This document shows positions 63,171-64,000 of a stretch of DNA of 64,000 nucleotides, in pieces. The notes below the pieces were generated by a model. That model was given only the letters and a program-made list of their open reading frames with translations. It did no database searches and was not told the origin of the DNA. How positions within the stretch are numbered: the stretch's first letter is position 1; each line of letters opens with the position of its first letter. The position numbers were made by a program, and so were the translations under genes. Source of the DNA: Histomonas meleagridis 2922-C6/04-290x (Eukaryota; Protista; Parabasalia); NCBI GenBank assembly GCA_020184695.1, contig JAANOX010000085.1, positions 186,001-250,000 on the forward strand, read 5' to 3'.

Positions 63171-64000
63171 ATGAAACCGATTACAGTAAATTTAAGCCCA
63201 AACTCTGAACCCAGCAATAATACTTCTAATGAAATCCAAGAAATAAAAAATGAAATCAATAATCATATTCAAAATCTTTCAAAAAATATTGAATCTAAAA
63301 TTAACCAAATAAATGATCAATTTTCAAGCTTACAAGAAGACTTGACGAAACAGATACAAAATCTGGAGGAACAACAAAACACTTTCAAAACACAAATTGA
63401 AGATATTAAGCAAAAATACAAGTCACAGCATGCAAATAATGTTTTACCAATGAAATCACAGATAGAGCATCTTGGTTTTAAAATTGAGCGTTTCGTTAAA
63501 TATGATTTCCAAAATACAATAAGACCAATTAAAGAACAAATTACAGAAATCAAAACAAAATCTAACAACATAAGCTCTGAAGTTCTTTCCAACATTAATG
63601 ATTTATCGCAACAACTTAATGAAATCAATCAACAAATTAATGATGATCCTTTTGATCCAAATCAAAATCATCTTGAATCAGCAATAAACGAAATATATCC
63701 TAAAATAGAGTCTTACGAAAATCGTTTTCAGCAATTATGTGATAAAATTAATAATTTTCAGCAATCACAAACATCGGTAAATCCATCGAAATATGTAAAC
63801 AAAATTCATAAAATCATTAAGCGTATTGAACATGAAGTTCATGAACAAATTGAAGCGTCAACCAAAGAATTTAACAAAGATCTACAAAAATCAGAAAATT
63901 ATTTTAATGAAAAATCCGAAGAATTGACCAAAAACTTCGAAGAAATTTTAACAATTTCGAATTCTAATGAACTTTTACGGCAAAAAATATTCGAATCAAT
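63171..64000 (+). CDS. Coiled-coil protein, runs off the window end (missed by the ORF track)
   Basis: ATG 63171 (MKPITVNLSPNSEPSNNTSNEIQEIKNEI...) is open to the window edge; N/Q/E/K heptad-rich. Confidence 0.8.
   Translation, partial: MKPITVNLSPNSEPSNNTSNEIQEIKNEINNHIQNLSKNIESKINQINDQFSSLQEDLTKQIQNLEEQQNTFKTQIEDIKQKYKSQHANNVLPMKSQIEHLGFKIERFVKYDFQNTIRPIKEQITEIKTKSNNISSEVLSNINDLSQQLNEINQQINDDPFDPNQNHLESAINEIYPKIESYENRFQQLCDKINNFQQSQTSVNPSKYVNKIHKIIKRIEHEVHEQIEASTKEFNKDLQKSENYFNEKSEELTKNFEEILTISNSNELLRQKIFES

Noticed and set aside
2908-63628. Numerous 60-140 aa ORFs antisense to or overlapping long genes
   Set aside because: Shadow ORFs of real CDSs with no recognisable motifs.

Overview
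AT-rich, gene-dense eukaryotic DNA with short intergenic regions and, by eye, no canonical GT..ACTAAC..AG intron. The gene content (DUF3447-type ankyrin family, R2R3 Myb, DENN, beta-adaptin, M3/M5-like core promoter motifs) points to a parabasalid (trichomonad relative; Histomonas/Tritrichomonas-like is an inference). Recognisable genes: TOR-like PIKK (partial), Arf GTPase, SMC5, MRG-domain protein, GT47/exostosin, ribosomal proteins P0 and S20, XRN1, DENN, Myb, secreted Endonuclease I, PAK kinase, a pyrophosphatase lacking most catalytic residues, an ankyrin-RhoGEF, tRNA-Gln(TTG), importin-beta-like, VMA21-like and beta-adaptin. Main observation: in one ankyrin gene subfamily every ankyrin repeat is cut at the same place (between the NxxD motif and the next TAL motif) by a spacer of exactly 80 nt (170-nt period). 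This occurs in 7/7 repeats at 12205-13304, 4 full copies at 25981-26570 and one unrelated-sequence copy at 32845-32924, with 63/60/46-nt variants elsewhere. The spacers break the frame and have no conserved GT-AG ends or branch site, yet the 90-nt ankyrin 'exons' stay stop-free and vary at binding positions. Removing 68 nt per spacer restores a 620-aa protein with 34-aa repeats. This suggests a non-canonical, length-constrained intron or recoding system. Other ankyrin genes in the window have no spacers. No transcript data could be consulted; all mechanism statements are inference.
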